This document shows positions 8,613 to 17,771 of a stretch of DNA of 64,000 nt, in pieces. Below the pieces are notes generated by a model that did not search any database, had not been told where the DNA came from, and was given only the letters and a program-made list of their open reading frames with translations. Numbering within the stretch: position 1 is the stretch's first letter; every line of letters starts with the position of its first letter. A program made the translations under genes and the position numbers. The stretch lies in the sequence record NC_042018.1; one strand, 5' to 3'.

Positions 8613-8640
8613 TATTCCTCTGCCTCACAGCAGAGGAATA
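8613..8640 (+). terminator. terminator-like hairpin
   Basis: TATTCCTCTGC-CTCACA-GCAGAGGAATA. Confidence 0.6.
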
Positions 8641-8666
8641 TCCTTAAGCTAATTTAAGAGGTAATT

Positions 8667-9158
8667 ATGCAACCTATTCATGTGTTATACCAAGAGTTCA
8701 TTGAGAAGCTGCGGGCACTGATTGATTCACAAAGCAACTTCGCCAAGGTGGAATTCAAAACCGACAGCCGTTGGTTAACCGTGTGGTGTATGGTGGGTCA
8801 AAACGAAAACCTGGAACGTGAATGTGTGTACCGGGTAGAGTACGGTCACCTCGACCGCAGTAACAAGGTCAGAATGCACTTTAAAGAGATTGCAGACCTG
8901 CATGCATTCATTCGTACCGCCATCTGGAAAAATCCTCGCTACGCGACGCTGAGGGCGGATTTCAAGCACAAGGATTTCTTTCGCCAAGGCACCTTGCGTA
9001 TGTTGCGGGCAATGAAAGCCATGCACGAACCCAAAACGGCGACCACCACCGATTTCTTTAAGGGATGTAAAGGCACGGAAGATAACGGCCCGACAACGGA
9101 GTTAGTGTTGCACGTAAAGAAGGATCACGGCGGTAACGTTTTTGTTGTAGAACACTAA
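8667..9158 (+). CDS. hypothetical protein
   Basis: 163 aa, RBS AGAGGT. Confidence 0.8.
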   Translation: MQPIHVLYQEFIEKLRALIDSQSNFAKVEFKTDSRWLTVWCMVGQNENLERECVYRVEYGHLDRSNKVRMHFKEIADLHAFIRTAIWKNPRYATLRADFKHKDFFRQGTLRMLRAMKAMHEPKTATTTDFFKGCKGTEDNGPTTELVLHVKKDHGGNVFVVEH

Positions 9159-9164
9159 TTTACT

Positions 9165-9191
9165 CTGAGAGGTCCCCTGCGGGCCTCTCAG
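9165..9191 (+). terminator. intrinsic terminator
   Basis: CTGAGAGG...CCTCTCAG, with poly-T at 9203-9212. Confidence 0.65.
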
Positions 9192-9212
9192 GGATATTCT
9201 TATTTTTTTTTT

Positions 9213-9221
9213 GATGCTATG
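9213..9221 (+). promoter_or_regulatory. putative late promoter (TATG)
   Basis: GATGCTATG upstream of the SGNH tail protein gene. Confidence 0.5.
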
Positions 9222-9244
9222 GACTCAACCAAAAGGAACTTAAA

Positions 9245-10726
9245 ATGGAAACCAGCATCAAGTTTAGTGAAATGCCGAAACTCGACTCTATCACTGCGGA
9301 TACCCTTATCCCAGTTGTAGGAACAGGGGAAGATGGCCAGCCTGCTAACTTCAGTATTAAGGGGTCAACCCTGTTGGCGTTTGTGGGAGAACTCGCGACG
9401 CCTGTTGGGTCAGCTAATCAACGTCCTTTCCAGGAGTGGCTGTCTCAGCTAGAACGTCGTACTACCTATGACTTCCGTCCCGTTCCAGTAATGACCAATC
9501 CTCCAGTGACGTCTCTGGTGAAATCCCAAGGGGTATCGGGTGTGTCAGTCGTTAACGGTGGCGCGGGTTATAAAGTCGGCGACAACTTGACCGTGGATGG
9601 CGGTGAGTTCGGCGTAGCTGCACGTCTGCGTGTAACGTCTGTGGATGGCGACGGTAAGATTTTGGCAGTCGCGGTACAGCTGACCGGCACGTATATTACC
9701 AAACCTGTTAACCCAGTTTCAACAACGGATGATTCTACCGGCACAGGGGCAACCTTTAACCTGACGTGGAACCCAGGCGTAGGGTCTACTATCTATAACG
9801 GTAAGACCTGGAACCGTACTGATGAAACCCTGTTTAAGTATCTGGGTTACAACATCAAGGACACCTCTTCAGGTTATCGCGGTAACGGTATCGGTAATGG
9901 TACGCAGTGTGTAATTGAATTCTTCTGTGATGCCGACGCCATTGACTTCCGCTTCATTGGCGGTAATGCTCAGTACGACCTTTACGTCGACGGACAGCGT
10001 ATCAGTGATAAACCAATTCAAACGGATTCATCCGGTGCGCCCTACATCTATAATGTCACTTGGCCGACTTCTGTGCCACGTCATTATAAACTGATGGGTA
10101 TTAACACCGGGTTTGGTGGTATCATCACTGCCCAACAGTATACTGTATGGCATCCAGGTCCACGTCGTCGTCCATTAATTTGGCAGATGGGTGACTCTTA
10201 CACCTACGGTACTGGTGCAACCCAAATCTCATTCAACGATCTCAAAGTGATGGCAGACATTCTGGGGTTTGATTCCATTGCGGACGGGATTGGAGGTAAG
10301 GGGTGGACGTCAACCGATTCCACTATTCCTCAACAGCGTGTGGCTGACAAGCTCGCTATCCTCAACGATACGCCAGAGTATGTCTTCCTCTCCCTGGGCT
10401 ATAACGACGCCGCAGCGGGCCGTTTAGAAGTACTGGAGACCAACTTCCGGGCAACGATTGCGAAGCTCAATGAAGTGGTGCCTAATGCCAAGGTTGTGGT
10501 AATTGGTCCGGCAACTCCAATGGGATCAACCAGCAAGATTACCGACATCCGTGCATCCCTTATCAAACTCAGTGCTGAATTCAACCTGATGTTTGTGGAT
10601 GTGGATAACTGGGTTAGTGCGGCGAATGCCAAGCTGTATACCCTGAGTGATAACACCCACCCTAACGACGCCGGGTATATCTACCGTGGTGTACGTTTAG
10701 CTCAAGCATTGGCGAGTCGTATCTAG
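9245..10726 (+). CDS. tail-associated SGNH/GDSL esterase (putative O-acetyl esterase tailspike)
   Basis: Blocks GDSY, GIGG, LGYND and DNTHP (DxxH); N-terminal IKFSEMP anchor-like motif and Gly-rich beta modules. Confidence 0.8.
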   Translation: METSIKFSEMPKLDSITADTLIPVVGTGEDGQPANFSIKGSTLLAFVGELATPVGSANQRPFQEWLSQLERRTTYDFRPVPVMTNPPVTSLVKSQGVSGVSVVNGGAGYKVGDNLTVDGGEFGVAARLRVTSVDGDGKILAVAVQLTGTYITKPVNPVSTTDDSTGTGATFNLTWNPGVGSTIYNGKTWNRTDETLFKYLGYNIKDTSSGYRGNGIGNGTQCVIEFFCDADAIDFRFIGGNAQYDLYVDGQRISDKPIQTDSSGAPYIYNVTWPTSVPRHYKLMGINTGFGGIITAQQYTVWHPGPRRRPLIWQMGDSYTYGTGATQISFNDLKVMADILGFDSIADGIGGKGWTSTDSTIPQQRVADKLAILNDTPEYVFLSLGYNDAAAGRLEVLETNFRATIAKLNEVVPNAKVVVIGPATPMGSTSKITDIRASLIKLSAEFNLMFVDVDNWVSAANAKLYTLSDNTHPNDAGYIYRGVRLAQALASRI

Positions 10727-10731
10727 CGTAC

Positions 10732-10739
10732 ATGCTATG
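10732..10739 (+). promoter_or_regulatory. putative late promoter (TATG)
   Basis: ATGCTATG, same as the copy at 9214. Confidence 0.45.
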
Positions 10740-10767
10740 CTCTATACAACCTCACTCTGGTGTCACT

Positions 10768-11646
10768 ATGGATAATACGTTTTCGGTCGAGTCTCGTGAC
10801 ATTGATTGTCAGCTTGACCACGCGTCACGCATCGCACAAGGAATGTGCGATACTGTCAATGGCAGTGAAGGGCTCACGGATGCCCAACTGTACCTGCACG
10901 GTATTCTGTTTGCTCATGGCATTTTACCGAACCGGGTAGAGGGCAACGAAAGTTTAATCGTGGGCTCTCTGCTCAATGAGTTCAGTAAGTTCTTTGACAT
11001 GATCTCCGATATCTCTAACGGGCTGGGCAAGTTCTTCTCAGGCGATGCGTTAACCAATGAGTTGCTGAAATCATCAAAAGCCATTGAAAGCGCCGTGACC
11101 GGTATCAAGAAGTTAGAAGGTCAACAGCAACTTAAGTCTTCGCATCAAAGTGATTTGAATAAACTGTTTCGTCGTTTCATTAATGACATGGAAGGCAACA
11201 TCAAGAAACAGGCGAAGATTTGTGTGTCCATGGAAAAGGTCGATAAAAACGTCACGGGTAACTGGAAGTACCACGCGATGGTCATGAAGCAAAGTTCCTA
11301 CCATGAAGAACTGTTGGATTGGGCAGAGAACCTGGGAACGGTATCGTCAGTGTCCGAAGCCAGTCGTATCCTTAGCAGACTCCAGTCGGTTATTAAAAAC
11401 ATGACGGGACAAATTCGGGATGCAAATAAAGCGGCACAAGACCTGGAACATAACCGTCGTCTCTTTCTGCAAGGGAAGCGGATTGAGAACAACAAAGAGA
11501 ACAAAAAGAACTTAGCACTGGCTCACACCATGACCGTTTACATGATTGACTTAATCAAGTTAACGAAGCAGGACATTGAGCTTAAGATGAAATTCATCAG
11601 TGCTTGTACCTCGCACTTAAAACCAGGTTGCTTCCAGAAGGCATAA
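10768..11646 (+). CDS. putative phiKZ-type internal head protein (paralog of 40803-41729)
   Basis: LTDAQLYLHGILFAHGILP..EGNE propeptide-like motif shared with 40803; helical; follows the late motif. Confidence 0.6.
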   Translation: MDNTFSVESRDIDCQLDHASRIAQGMCDTVNGSEGLTDAQLYLHGILFAHGILPNRVEGNESLIVGSLLNEFSKFFDMISDISNGLGKFFSGDALTNELLKSSKAIESAVTGIKKLEGQQQLKSSHQSDLNKLFRRFINDMEGNIKKQAKICVSMEKVDKNVTGNWKYHAMVMKQSSYHEELLDWAENLGTVSSVSEASRILSRLQSVIKNMTGQIRDANKAAQDLEHNRRLFLQGKRIENNKENKKNLALAHTMTVYMIDLIKLTKQDIELKMKFISACTSHLKPGCFQKA

Positions 11647-11653
11647 CGGATAT

Positions 11654-11661
11654 ATGTTATG
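11654..11661 (+). promoter_or_regulatory. putative late promoter (TATG)
   Basis: ATGTTATG. Confidence 0.55.
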
Positions 11662-11708
11662 CTTTATAACAAAGTAGCTTGACTTCTTATTTTGCAAAAG
11701 GAACTCAC

Positions 11709-12305
11709 ATGTTTGGACTCAACTCCCTCTGGGTCTTCCTGGTGCTGGCTGCTGTGATGGTGGTAGGTTACTACCGTTTCAGCGCTAAGGCCAAGAAGCC
11801 TTTCGAGATCATTACCGGGATTACCGGTTTCTTCGATGACATTCACCGTAAAGTCGAAGAAGTAATCGCTTATATTAAAACCCTGTCCAAGTACCACCTC
11901 GACCTGCATGAGCGAATATCCGGCATTCTGGATTTGTTCAGCAGTGCGCAAACCGAAAGGGCTGCCGTTGAGCAACGCTTGAAACAACACCTTACTGATC
12001 TGGTCGACCAGCGCTTCGCCGAACTTAAGGAGGGGCTGGATAAACAGACGGAACGAATATTCCACGGTCTGGACATGCATCGCAAGGTTCTGGTTACTGA
12101 AGTGACAAGTGCGCTTACCCCGCCGGAACCCGTGGTGCAACAGCTGACTCCTGAGCCGTCGAAAGACACCGAAGCGACGCCGTTTAAAGCGGCAACTGAG
12201 CTGGCGGAAGCTCCGAAAGTTGATCTGACCCAAAGCGGTCAAGCCGGGTTTGTACCCGAACCGGAAGTAAAAGCGGTGAAAGGCCGTGGGCGTAGCAAAA
12301 AGTAA
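11709..12305 (+). CDS. membrane-anchored coiled-coil protein
   Basis: ATG 11709 after AAGGAA; N-terminal TM, coiled coil, Pro/Glu linker, basic tail. Confidence 0.75.
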   Translation: MFGLNSLWVFLVLAAVMVVGYYRFSAKAKKPFEIITGITGFFDDIHRKVEEVIAYIKTLSKYHLDLHERISGILDLFSSAQTERAAVEQRLKQHLTDLVDQRFAELKEGLDKQTERIFHGLDMHRKVLVTEVTSALTPPEPVVQQLTPEPSKDTEATPFKAATELAEAPKVDLTQSGQAGFVPEPEVKAVKGRGRSKK

Positions 12306-12317
12306 GTGATCCCCTGT

Positions 12318-12344
12318 ACTACTCCCCGCAATGCGGGGAGTAGT
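12318..12344 (+). terminator. intrinsic terminator
   Basis: ACTACTCCCCGCA-A-TGCGGGGAGTAGT. Confidence 0.75.
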
Positions 12345-12376
12345 AGTTCCTGTAGTTATTTTTTATTCTTCGTACA

Positions 12377-12385
12377 AATGTTATG
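12377..12385 (+). promoter_or_regulatory. putative late promoter (TATG)
   Basis: AATGTTATG upstream of phoH. Confidence 0.55.
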
Positions 12386-12432
12386 CACAGCAACCCCGTC
12401 CATCATTTTGATGTTTAATAAGGAAGTATCGC

Positions 12433-13197
12433 ATGACTAAACGTATTAATGCGAAACGTATCGCTCGCCAGTCACGTCGTGAAGATAAACGCGCTAAACT
12501 CCAACTGGTGTCCGACCAAACGCAACAAGAGCGTGTACACGAGCCTGCACCGGCGAAGCGTCTCAATGCTCCTCTGGCTGCTCGTAATCCTAATCAGGAA
12601 CTGTACATCAATGCGCTGCAATCCAAGCGTTTGATTTTCAGCACGGGCAGTGCCGGGGTAGGTAAAACGTATCTGGCCACTTCTCACGCTTGCCGTGAAC
12701 TGCTGGCAAAAGATATCGACCGCATCATTGTAACCCGTCCGGTGTTACAAGCAGACGAAGACCTGGGCTTCCTTCCGGGTGACGTCAATGAAAAGTTTGC
12801 ACCGTATTTCCGTCCGGTATACGACGTGCTGCTGGAGCAGCTCGGTGGCTCATTCCTGGAGTACTGCTTGAAACCAGGCATCGAGAAAGTTGAAATTGCA
12901 CCCTTTGCGTTTATGCGTGGCCGTACCTTCAAGAACGCCGTGGTGATTCTTGACGAAGCGCAAAACGTGACGGTAAACCAGATGAAGCTTTTCCTGACAC
13001 GTATCGGGGAAAACTGCACGGTGATTGTGAACGGCGATATCACCCAGTGTGACCTGCCGCATCACAAACAAAGCGGGTTGCAGGATGCACTTAACCGCTT
13101 CCAGGACAACGAGCTGGTTGGCGTTGTTCACTTTACTGACGACGATTGTGTTCGTTCAGACATTTGTGCGCTCGCATTAGACGCATACAGCAAATAA
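12433..13197 (+). CDS. phoH: PhoH family ATPase
   Basis: GSAGVGKT Walker A, ITRP, LGFLPGD, FMRGRTF, ILDEAQN, GDITQCDL. Confidence 0.95.
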   Translation: MTKRINAKRIARQSRREDKRAKLQLVSDQTQQERVHEPAPAKRLNAPLAARNPNQELYINALQSKRLIFSTGSAGVGKTYLATSHACRELLAKDIDRIIVTRPVLQADEDLGFLPGDVNEKFAPYFRPVYDVLLEQLGGSFLEYCLKPGIEKVEIAPFAFMRGRTFKNAVVILDEAQNVTVNQMKLFLTRIGENCTVIVNGDITQCDLPHHKQSGLQDALNRFQDNELVGVVHFTDDDCVRSDICALALDAYSK

Positions 13198-13211
13198 AAA
13201 AAGCAATACCA

Positions 13212-13241
13212 TAACCGCACGGGGGAAACCCTGTGCGGTTA
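13212..13241 (+). terminator. terminator-like hairpin
   Basis: TAACCGCACGGG-GGAAA-CCCTGTGCGGTTA. Confidence 0.7.
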
Positions 13242-13255
13242 AATGGAACTCAGTC

Positions 13256-13275
13256 CTATATTACTAAGGTGAATA
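13256..13275 (+). promoter_or_regulatory. putative early phage promoter
   Basis: CTATATTACTAAGGTGAATA; contains TATATTAC, the phiKZ early core. Confidence 0.75.
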
Positions 13276-13296
13276 TAACTGAAGAAAGGCTGTATC

Positions 13297-13815
13297 ATGA
13301 GCGACATCTTTAAGCAAGATAGCCAAGGTCGTTTAATCGGTTATCACGTTGAATGTATTTCTGAGTGCAAGGAAGATGCCCGACCCCAACTGTCGACGTC
13401 AACCCTGCAGGATGATAAGCCGTTGTTCTTGTGTGCACGCAAGAATGATTGGTATCCGTTTCATTTAAAGGAAGCCGATAACTACCGTATCCTGAAAGTA
13501 ACGTTTTGGTCACCCGGTCAGTCGGTCACCTTTAATGAGGAGAAAGATTATAAGCAACTGTTTAACATGTTGCGTGATAAAGACAATCCCGACAAGTACC
13601 ACTTCATGCTAACCCCGTTCGGTAAGACCTATATCGAAAAGGGGTATCACCTCATCAACCTTCACACCAAACATGAGCTGCAGGAATCCTTCCTTTGGAC
13701 GCCGTCAACCTATGTGGATGAGATTGAAGAGATTGAAGTCAAACCCATGCCGTTGAAGATTGCTGGCATGCCGGATATCGTTAACGTTGTTTATCAAGAG
13801 GAACCCCCTGAATGA
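13297..13815 (+). CDS. hypothetical protein
   Basis: 172 aa, RBS AAAGG. Confidence 0.8.
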   Translation: MSDIFKQDSQGRLIGYHVECISECKEDARPQLSTSTLQDDKPLFLCARKNDWYPFHLKEADNYRILKVTFWSPGQSVTFNEEKDYKQLFNMLRDKDNPDKYHFMLTPFGKTYIEKGYHLINLHTKHELQESFLWTPSTYVDEIEEIEVKPMPLKIAGMPDIVNVVYQEEPPE

Positions 13816-14165
13816 GTAATAGTCTAACCCAAGTTTGGAAGTCCCTGAAAGCAGAACATGGCGTACCGGTGGCGTCTGAATTGTTGGTGGGGTATTACGA
13901 AGAGCAAGGCGTGAAGTTTGCAGAGAACTGGGACATGATGCAAAAGAGTCAAGTCATCGCTACGTTCTTTGAAAGCATCCGCACTGTGAAAGGTGGGGTG
14001 GTGTTTGATGTCAAGGTGGGTGGTGAGACATTAAAGGAAACCGTGGACGCAGTATTCCATGCGTTAGCGCAATCCCAACCGGTTACCGTACCCGAAGATT
14101 TCCTGGTGTACCCGTTCAGCAAACAAGAAAAGAAACAACTCCGCAAAGACCGTTACCGTCGCTAA
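13812..14165 (+). CDS. hypothetical protein
   Basis: 117 aa, ATGA-coupled to the upstream gene. Confidence 0.8.
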   Translation: MSNSLTQVWKSLKAEHGVPVASELLVGYYEEQGVKFAENWDMMQKSQVIATFFESIRTVKGGVVFDVKVGGETLKETVDAVFHALAQSQPVTVPEDFLVYPFSKQEKKQLRKDRYRR

Positions 14166-14169
14166 CTCT

Positions 14170-14195
14170 CTACCCTGGGCTCACGCCTGGGGTAG
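14170..14195 (+). terminator. intrinsic terminator
   Basis: CTACCCTGGGC-TCAC-GCCTGGGGTAG, T-rich downstream. Confidence 0.65.
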
Positions 14196-14288
14196 GTAGT
14201 CTGCTTTATTTTTAAGTGTTTTTTCACGGTGCGTTTAATCTATTGTATTAACTGTTCTGATGAGGATAACTTATAATTATTTTCATCC

Positions 14289-14308
14289 CTACATCATTAA
14301 GGTGAGTA
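14289..14308 (+). promoter_or_regulatory. putative early phage promoter
   Basis: CTACATCATTAAGGTGAGTA. Confidence 0.7.
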
Positions 14309-14353
14309 GGACACCTGATCTGGGCAGTTTAATACGTAGGGATTCGACACAAG

Positions 14354-14731
14354 ATGAACCATGTTAAAGTAATAACGGCACTGCCCCAAACCAACGAAGC
14401 AATTCGTCAGTTGAAGGAGCTAGTGAATGAGTTAATCGCTTTGATTTTGAGAACTAAGGATAGAGAATTACAAGAACAGCTTGACCGTCGCATATTGCAA
14501 CTTCGGTTGTATATTGCTGAGCTTGAATCTGACGTCGACGTAGGTAGGGATAGATTCGATACTGTGCGGTTTAACCAAGCAGTAAAGGAACAATTTGTAC
14601 TCAAGCGTAAAGTGAAAAACGCTATCCACGAACAGCGGGAGCTAGAGCAGATGAGAATACCCGCCGGTATACTGTTCTTGATTTTCTTACTCCTCGTACT
14701 GTCAGCTGCAGTCGCAGGATTTGTTATTTAA
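14354..14731 (+). CDS. coiled-coil protein with C-terminal TM anchor
   Basis: 125 aa; hydrophobic tail ILFLIFLLLVLSAAVAGFVI. Confidence 0.75.
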   Translation: MNHVKVITALPQTNEAIRQLKELVNELIALILRTKDRELQEQLDRRILQLRLYIAELESDVDVGRDRFDTVRFNQAVKEQFVLKRKVKNAIHEQRELEQMRIPAGILFLIFLLLVLSAAVAGFVI

Positions 14732-14794
14732 CTTACCGGACAAATCGTAAAACAATTTGCCCTTAACCCCAGTAACCCGTAAAAAGGAAGCGAC

Positions 14795-15826
14795 ATGTCT
14801 ACACAAACTGTATTAAATAAGTTCGGCACCACCACCATTCATGACCGCATTGTTAAGCTCACCTCTATGCAACCCATGGTTATCATGGAGATGCGTTTCA
14901 GTGAAACGGTCTATGACGACGGGGGCGTCTTCCGTGGCAATAGCCTGATGTTTATTTGTCCTGAGCTGAAAACCTCGCTCTACATTCAACCTAGCGGTTA
15001 CGGTGCGCTAATTAAGGCACTGGGAAATGTGGTGTCGGAGGGTCATCAGAAGTTCAAGGATAACCAAATCCCTAACCGGTTTAGCAATACGGTGGGTGAG
15101 GTTACGGTCAGTGTCACCCAACGGGGTGTCAGTGTCTCTTATAAAGGCCAGGCAAACATGATGGTGTATCGCAGTCCACACGCCAAGGTTACCAGCGAAT
15201 TTGGAGGACTCAGCAGTCAGAAATTGCTGTCCCGTCATATCCAATGTGCTGACGATATCTTGACCGCGTTGATACCTACCGTCGCTGCGGGTGATGCCTG
15301 GATTACTAAACGGGCGTTGCCAGAGAACAACGACCACGGTGAGATTGTTCAACCTCACATGTTGTACCGTCAAGTTCCAAGCAGTGAAGCAGGACGTGGG
15401 TTAACCACCATGTCTATCCTGGTTCACAAATGCCTGAACTTCACGGAGTCAGTTTACCGTGTTCAGCTTTCTACCTCGAACACCATCCTGAGTTTGTATG
15501 ATGAGCCCAGTGACCATAACCCGCGTCCAAAGTGGGTATTGATTCAGCTGCGGAAAGCCCTCATCACGCTGAAACACCTGATGGAAGATAATCCTGACGT
15601 TCCCCAGCGCGTTGACCTGTTTGACTGTACTGCGCAGTATGACATGTTCAAAGTGTACAACGGGTACGTGGCGTCGGTTCCCTCTAAACGGGGAATGCGC
15701 ATTGTCATTAACTACGACTACGTTCCGGCGTATTCTAAGTTAAGCTGGTTGGACAGTGAGATAGATATGGACGATGTCCTTGCAGCATTTGACCACATCA
15801 TTGAACACTATCCTGTCGATAATTGA
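14795..15826 (+). CDS. hypothetical protein (paralog of 15897-16811)
   Basis: 343 aa, RBS AAGGAAG; shared C-terminal motifs VDLF, YNGYVA, RIVINYD. Confidence 0.8.
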   Translation: MSTQTVLNKFGTTTIHDRIVKLTSMQPMVIMEMRFSETVYDDGGVFRGNSLMFICPELKTSLYIQPSGYGALIKALGNVVSEGHQKFKDNQIPNRFSNTVGEVTVSVTQRGVSVSYKGQANMMVYRSPHAKVTSEFGGLSSQKLLSRHIQCADDILTALIPTVAAGDAWITKRALPENNDHGEIVQPHMLYRQVPSSEAGRGLTTMSILVHKCLNFTESVYRVQLSTSNTILSLYDEPSDHNPRPKWVLIQLRKALITLKHLMEDNPDVPQRVDLFDCTAQYDMFKVYNGYVASVPSKRGMRIVINYDYVPAYSKLSWLDSEIDMDDVLAAFDHIIEHYPVDN

Positions 15827-15842
15827 GACTCAGTCTCTTGTG

Positions 15843-15866
15843 GCAGCAAGGGTAACAGCTTGCTGC
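15843..15866 (+). terminator. intrinsic terminator
   Basis: GCAGCAAG-GGTAACAG-CTTGCTGC-TTTTTT. Confidence 0.7.
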
Positions 15867-15896
15867 TTTTTTCAATCCCAATAGAAGGATTTTAAT

Positions 15897-16811
15897 ATGT
15901 TTACTAAAGTTGATATGCATCGTGTCGAACGTGTCGTCTGTGATAACCCACTGGTGACCTGTTCATTCGTTATGTCTGTAGCGGACGATAATGGAAAATT
16001 GAACAACGTTTCTCGTTTTGAATTCCACAACTACAACACCGGTCAGGTTCTACGAATCATTGGCGGTAAAAAGAAAGACCTGGTGAAAGATTTGAAAACC
16101 ATGTTGGAAAACAGAAACACTAATCAACAGGTTGGCGATACCAACAAACGGTTGTTGATTAATGCGTTGGGTGAACGCAAGACGGAAATCAGTTACTCGT
16201 TCCGGGGGTATCGTCATGTGTTGACTCATGGCACCACGGAATACGTCACCACTGAGCATCTGAAACGGTTGATCGCGATTCTGGACTGGTACATGGAGAT
16301 GCGTCTTCCATGGATTCACGACGGGTTCTTTGACAACCGGGTTAAGGTTTCTCCGGACCAAACAGCCGAAGACCTTACCGTACGTATTATCCGTAAGAAA
16401 GATTCCAAGAACCCACCGATGGCCATTGCATTAGAGAATGACATCAACAACGGTCAACGCACGGTTCGGTTCTTAAACGGAATGTCGTCACTGGTGCTGG
16501 TTGATTATACTGCTGGGCTGAAAGACACCACCATTAAGAAAGTGCTGGAAAAAATAAGTAATACTTTACTGCACGTTCTAAACTATGACCAGAAATGCCA
16601 CAACATCGATTTGTTTCATCATTCCGATGACATCTCTCCGGAGATTTTAACCTACAAAGGTTATGTGGCACTTTCTCAGGATGCCAAGCATCGCCGTGTG
16701 GTGATTAATTTCGACCAGAATATAATGTGTTCAAAAGCACACTGGGTTCACGAACGTTTCTTTACCAAAGCAGTACAAGAAGCTCTATCTGATATTATCG
16801 CGGTTTATTAA
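15897..16811 (+). CDS. hypothetical protein (paralog of 14795-15826)
   Basis: 304 aa, RBS AAGGA; IDLF, YKGYVA, RVVINFD. Confidence 0.8.
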   Translation: MFTKVDMHRVERVVCDNPLVTCSFVMSVADDNGKLNNVSRFEFHNYNTGQVLRIIGGKKKDLVKDLKTMLENRNTNQQVGDTNKRLLINALGERKTEISYSFRGYRHVLTHGTTEYVTTEHLKRLIAILDWYMEMRLPWIHDGFFDNRVKVSPDQTAEDLTVRIIRKKDSKNPPMAIALENDINNGQRTVRFLNGMSSLVLVDYTAGLKDTTIKKVLEKISNTLLHVLNYDQKCHNIDLFHHSDDISPEILTYKGYVALSQDAKHRRVVINFDQNIMCSKAHWVHERFFTKAVQEALSDIIAVY

Positions 16812-16818
16812 GCAGGAC

Positions 16819-16844
16819 CTGGAGCCTCCGCAAGGGGGCTCCAG
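16819..16844 (+). terminator. terminator-like hairpin
   Basis: CTGGAGCCTCC-GCAA-GGGGGCTCCAG. Confidence 0.7.
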
Positions 16845-16906
16845 TAGTAGTACGTAGTACCTATAACTAAAATCAAAAATATTTTCATTTACAAAGGAGA
16901 ATTATA

Positions 16907-17317
16907 ATGAAAAAGAAAGACACAATTACTACCATAGAAGCAGAAGTATTACACAGCATGGCAAACAAATTAATTGCACGTTGTCACGTACAGAATCAAA
17001 AACAGTATTCCGCAGAATTAAACGGTATCTGTATCGACCTGAGTGCACGTTCCAGTAACTACCTGGCGATTTCACAGGGTCGCATGTCTTCCCCGATTTA
17101 TAACAACGACGCGTTAGAAGTCGAGTTAGAGGTTTTGAACAGTTACGAAGTTATCATCAAAGGGTTTGAAGTTCCTAGACCCCGTGTATTATCCGGCATT
17201 TATGACGTGGAAGATACCGGTGATGAAGATGCACCGTGGAACAGTAAGTCAGAATGGATTGTGTTTGGTGGTCTGCTGGTACTGACCGCAATATCCTTCT
17301 GCTGGGTCTACTTCTAA
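16907..17317 (+). CDS. hypothetical protein with C-terminal TM anchor
   Basis: 136 aa, RBS AAGGAG. Confidence 0.8.
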   Translation: MKKKDTITTIEAEVLHSMANKLIARCHVQNQKQYSAELNGICIDLSARSSNYLAISQGRMSSPIYNNDALEVELEVLNSYEVIIKGFEVPRPRVLSGIYDVEDTGDEDAPWNSKSEWIVFGGLLVLTAISFCWVYF

Positions 17318-17322
17318 AAACA

Positions 17323-17345
17323 ATAGGTGACCTCGTGTCACCTAT
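17323..17345 (+). terminator. intrinsic terminator
   Basis: ATAGGTGAC-CTCGT-GTCACCTAT followed by a T-run. Confidence 0.75.
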
Positions 17346-17372
17346 TTTATTTTTTATGTGAGGGCGTAATTT

Positions 17373-17759
17373 ATGACGCAACAAGAAGTCTTACAGGCGA
17401 TTTACGTCAGAGCAGAACTGATTCATAAACTGATGGTGTTTGCTAACCTGGCCGTACAACGCTTTCCAAAACCCATGATAATTCGGTTATCGCCGTTCAT
17501 GGAAAACTGTACCGAATGGGTGGAGTATTTTACTCGGCTCATTCATTCTGTTCAACACGACTGGGATGACTCAGTAGATATGTCTGCTGAGTTTCATTCC
17601 CTGTTCGGTAAAGCCGACCTGTTCCTGCAACGGTCAGCGGAAGAATTGTTGGCGGTGGTAGAGGTTGCTTATAAATGGCGACGCAAGATACTTACGCGAT
17701 TCTACCTGACCATCGTATTGTTTATCGTGGCGATTGCTTTCGCCGTTATCACCACTTAA
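17373..17759 (+). CDS. hypothetical protein with C-terminal TM anchor
   Basis: 128 aa, RBS GAGGG. Confidence 0.75.
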   Translation: MTQQEVLQAIYVRAELIHKLMVFANLAVQRFPKPMIIRLSPFMENCTEWVEYFTRLIHSVQHDWDDSVDMSAEFHSLFGKADLFLQRSAEELLAVVEVAYKWRRKILTRFYLTIVLFIVAIAFAVITT

Positions 17760-17771
17760 TAAGGATAACCC

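Noticed and set aside
11709-12305. i-spanin or holin calls for 11709 and 43565
   Set aside because: Topology is compatible, but there is no adjacent o-spanin or endolysin and no diagnostic motif.
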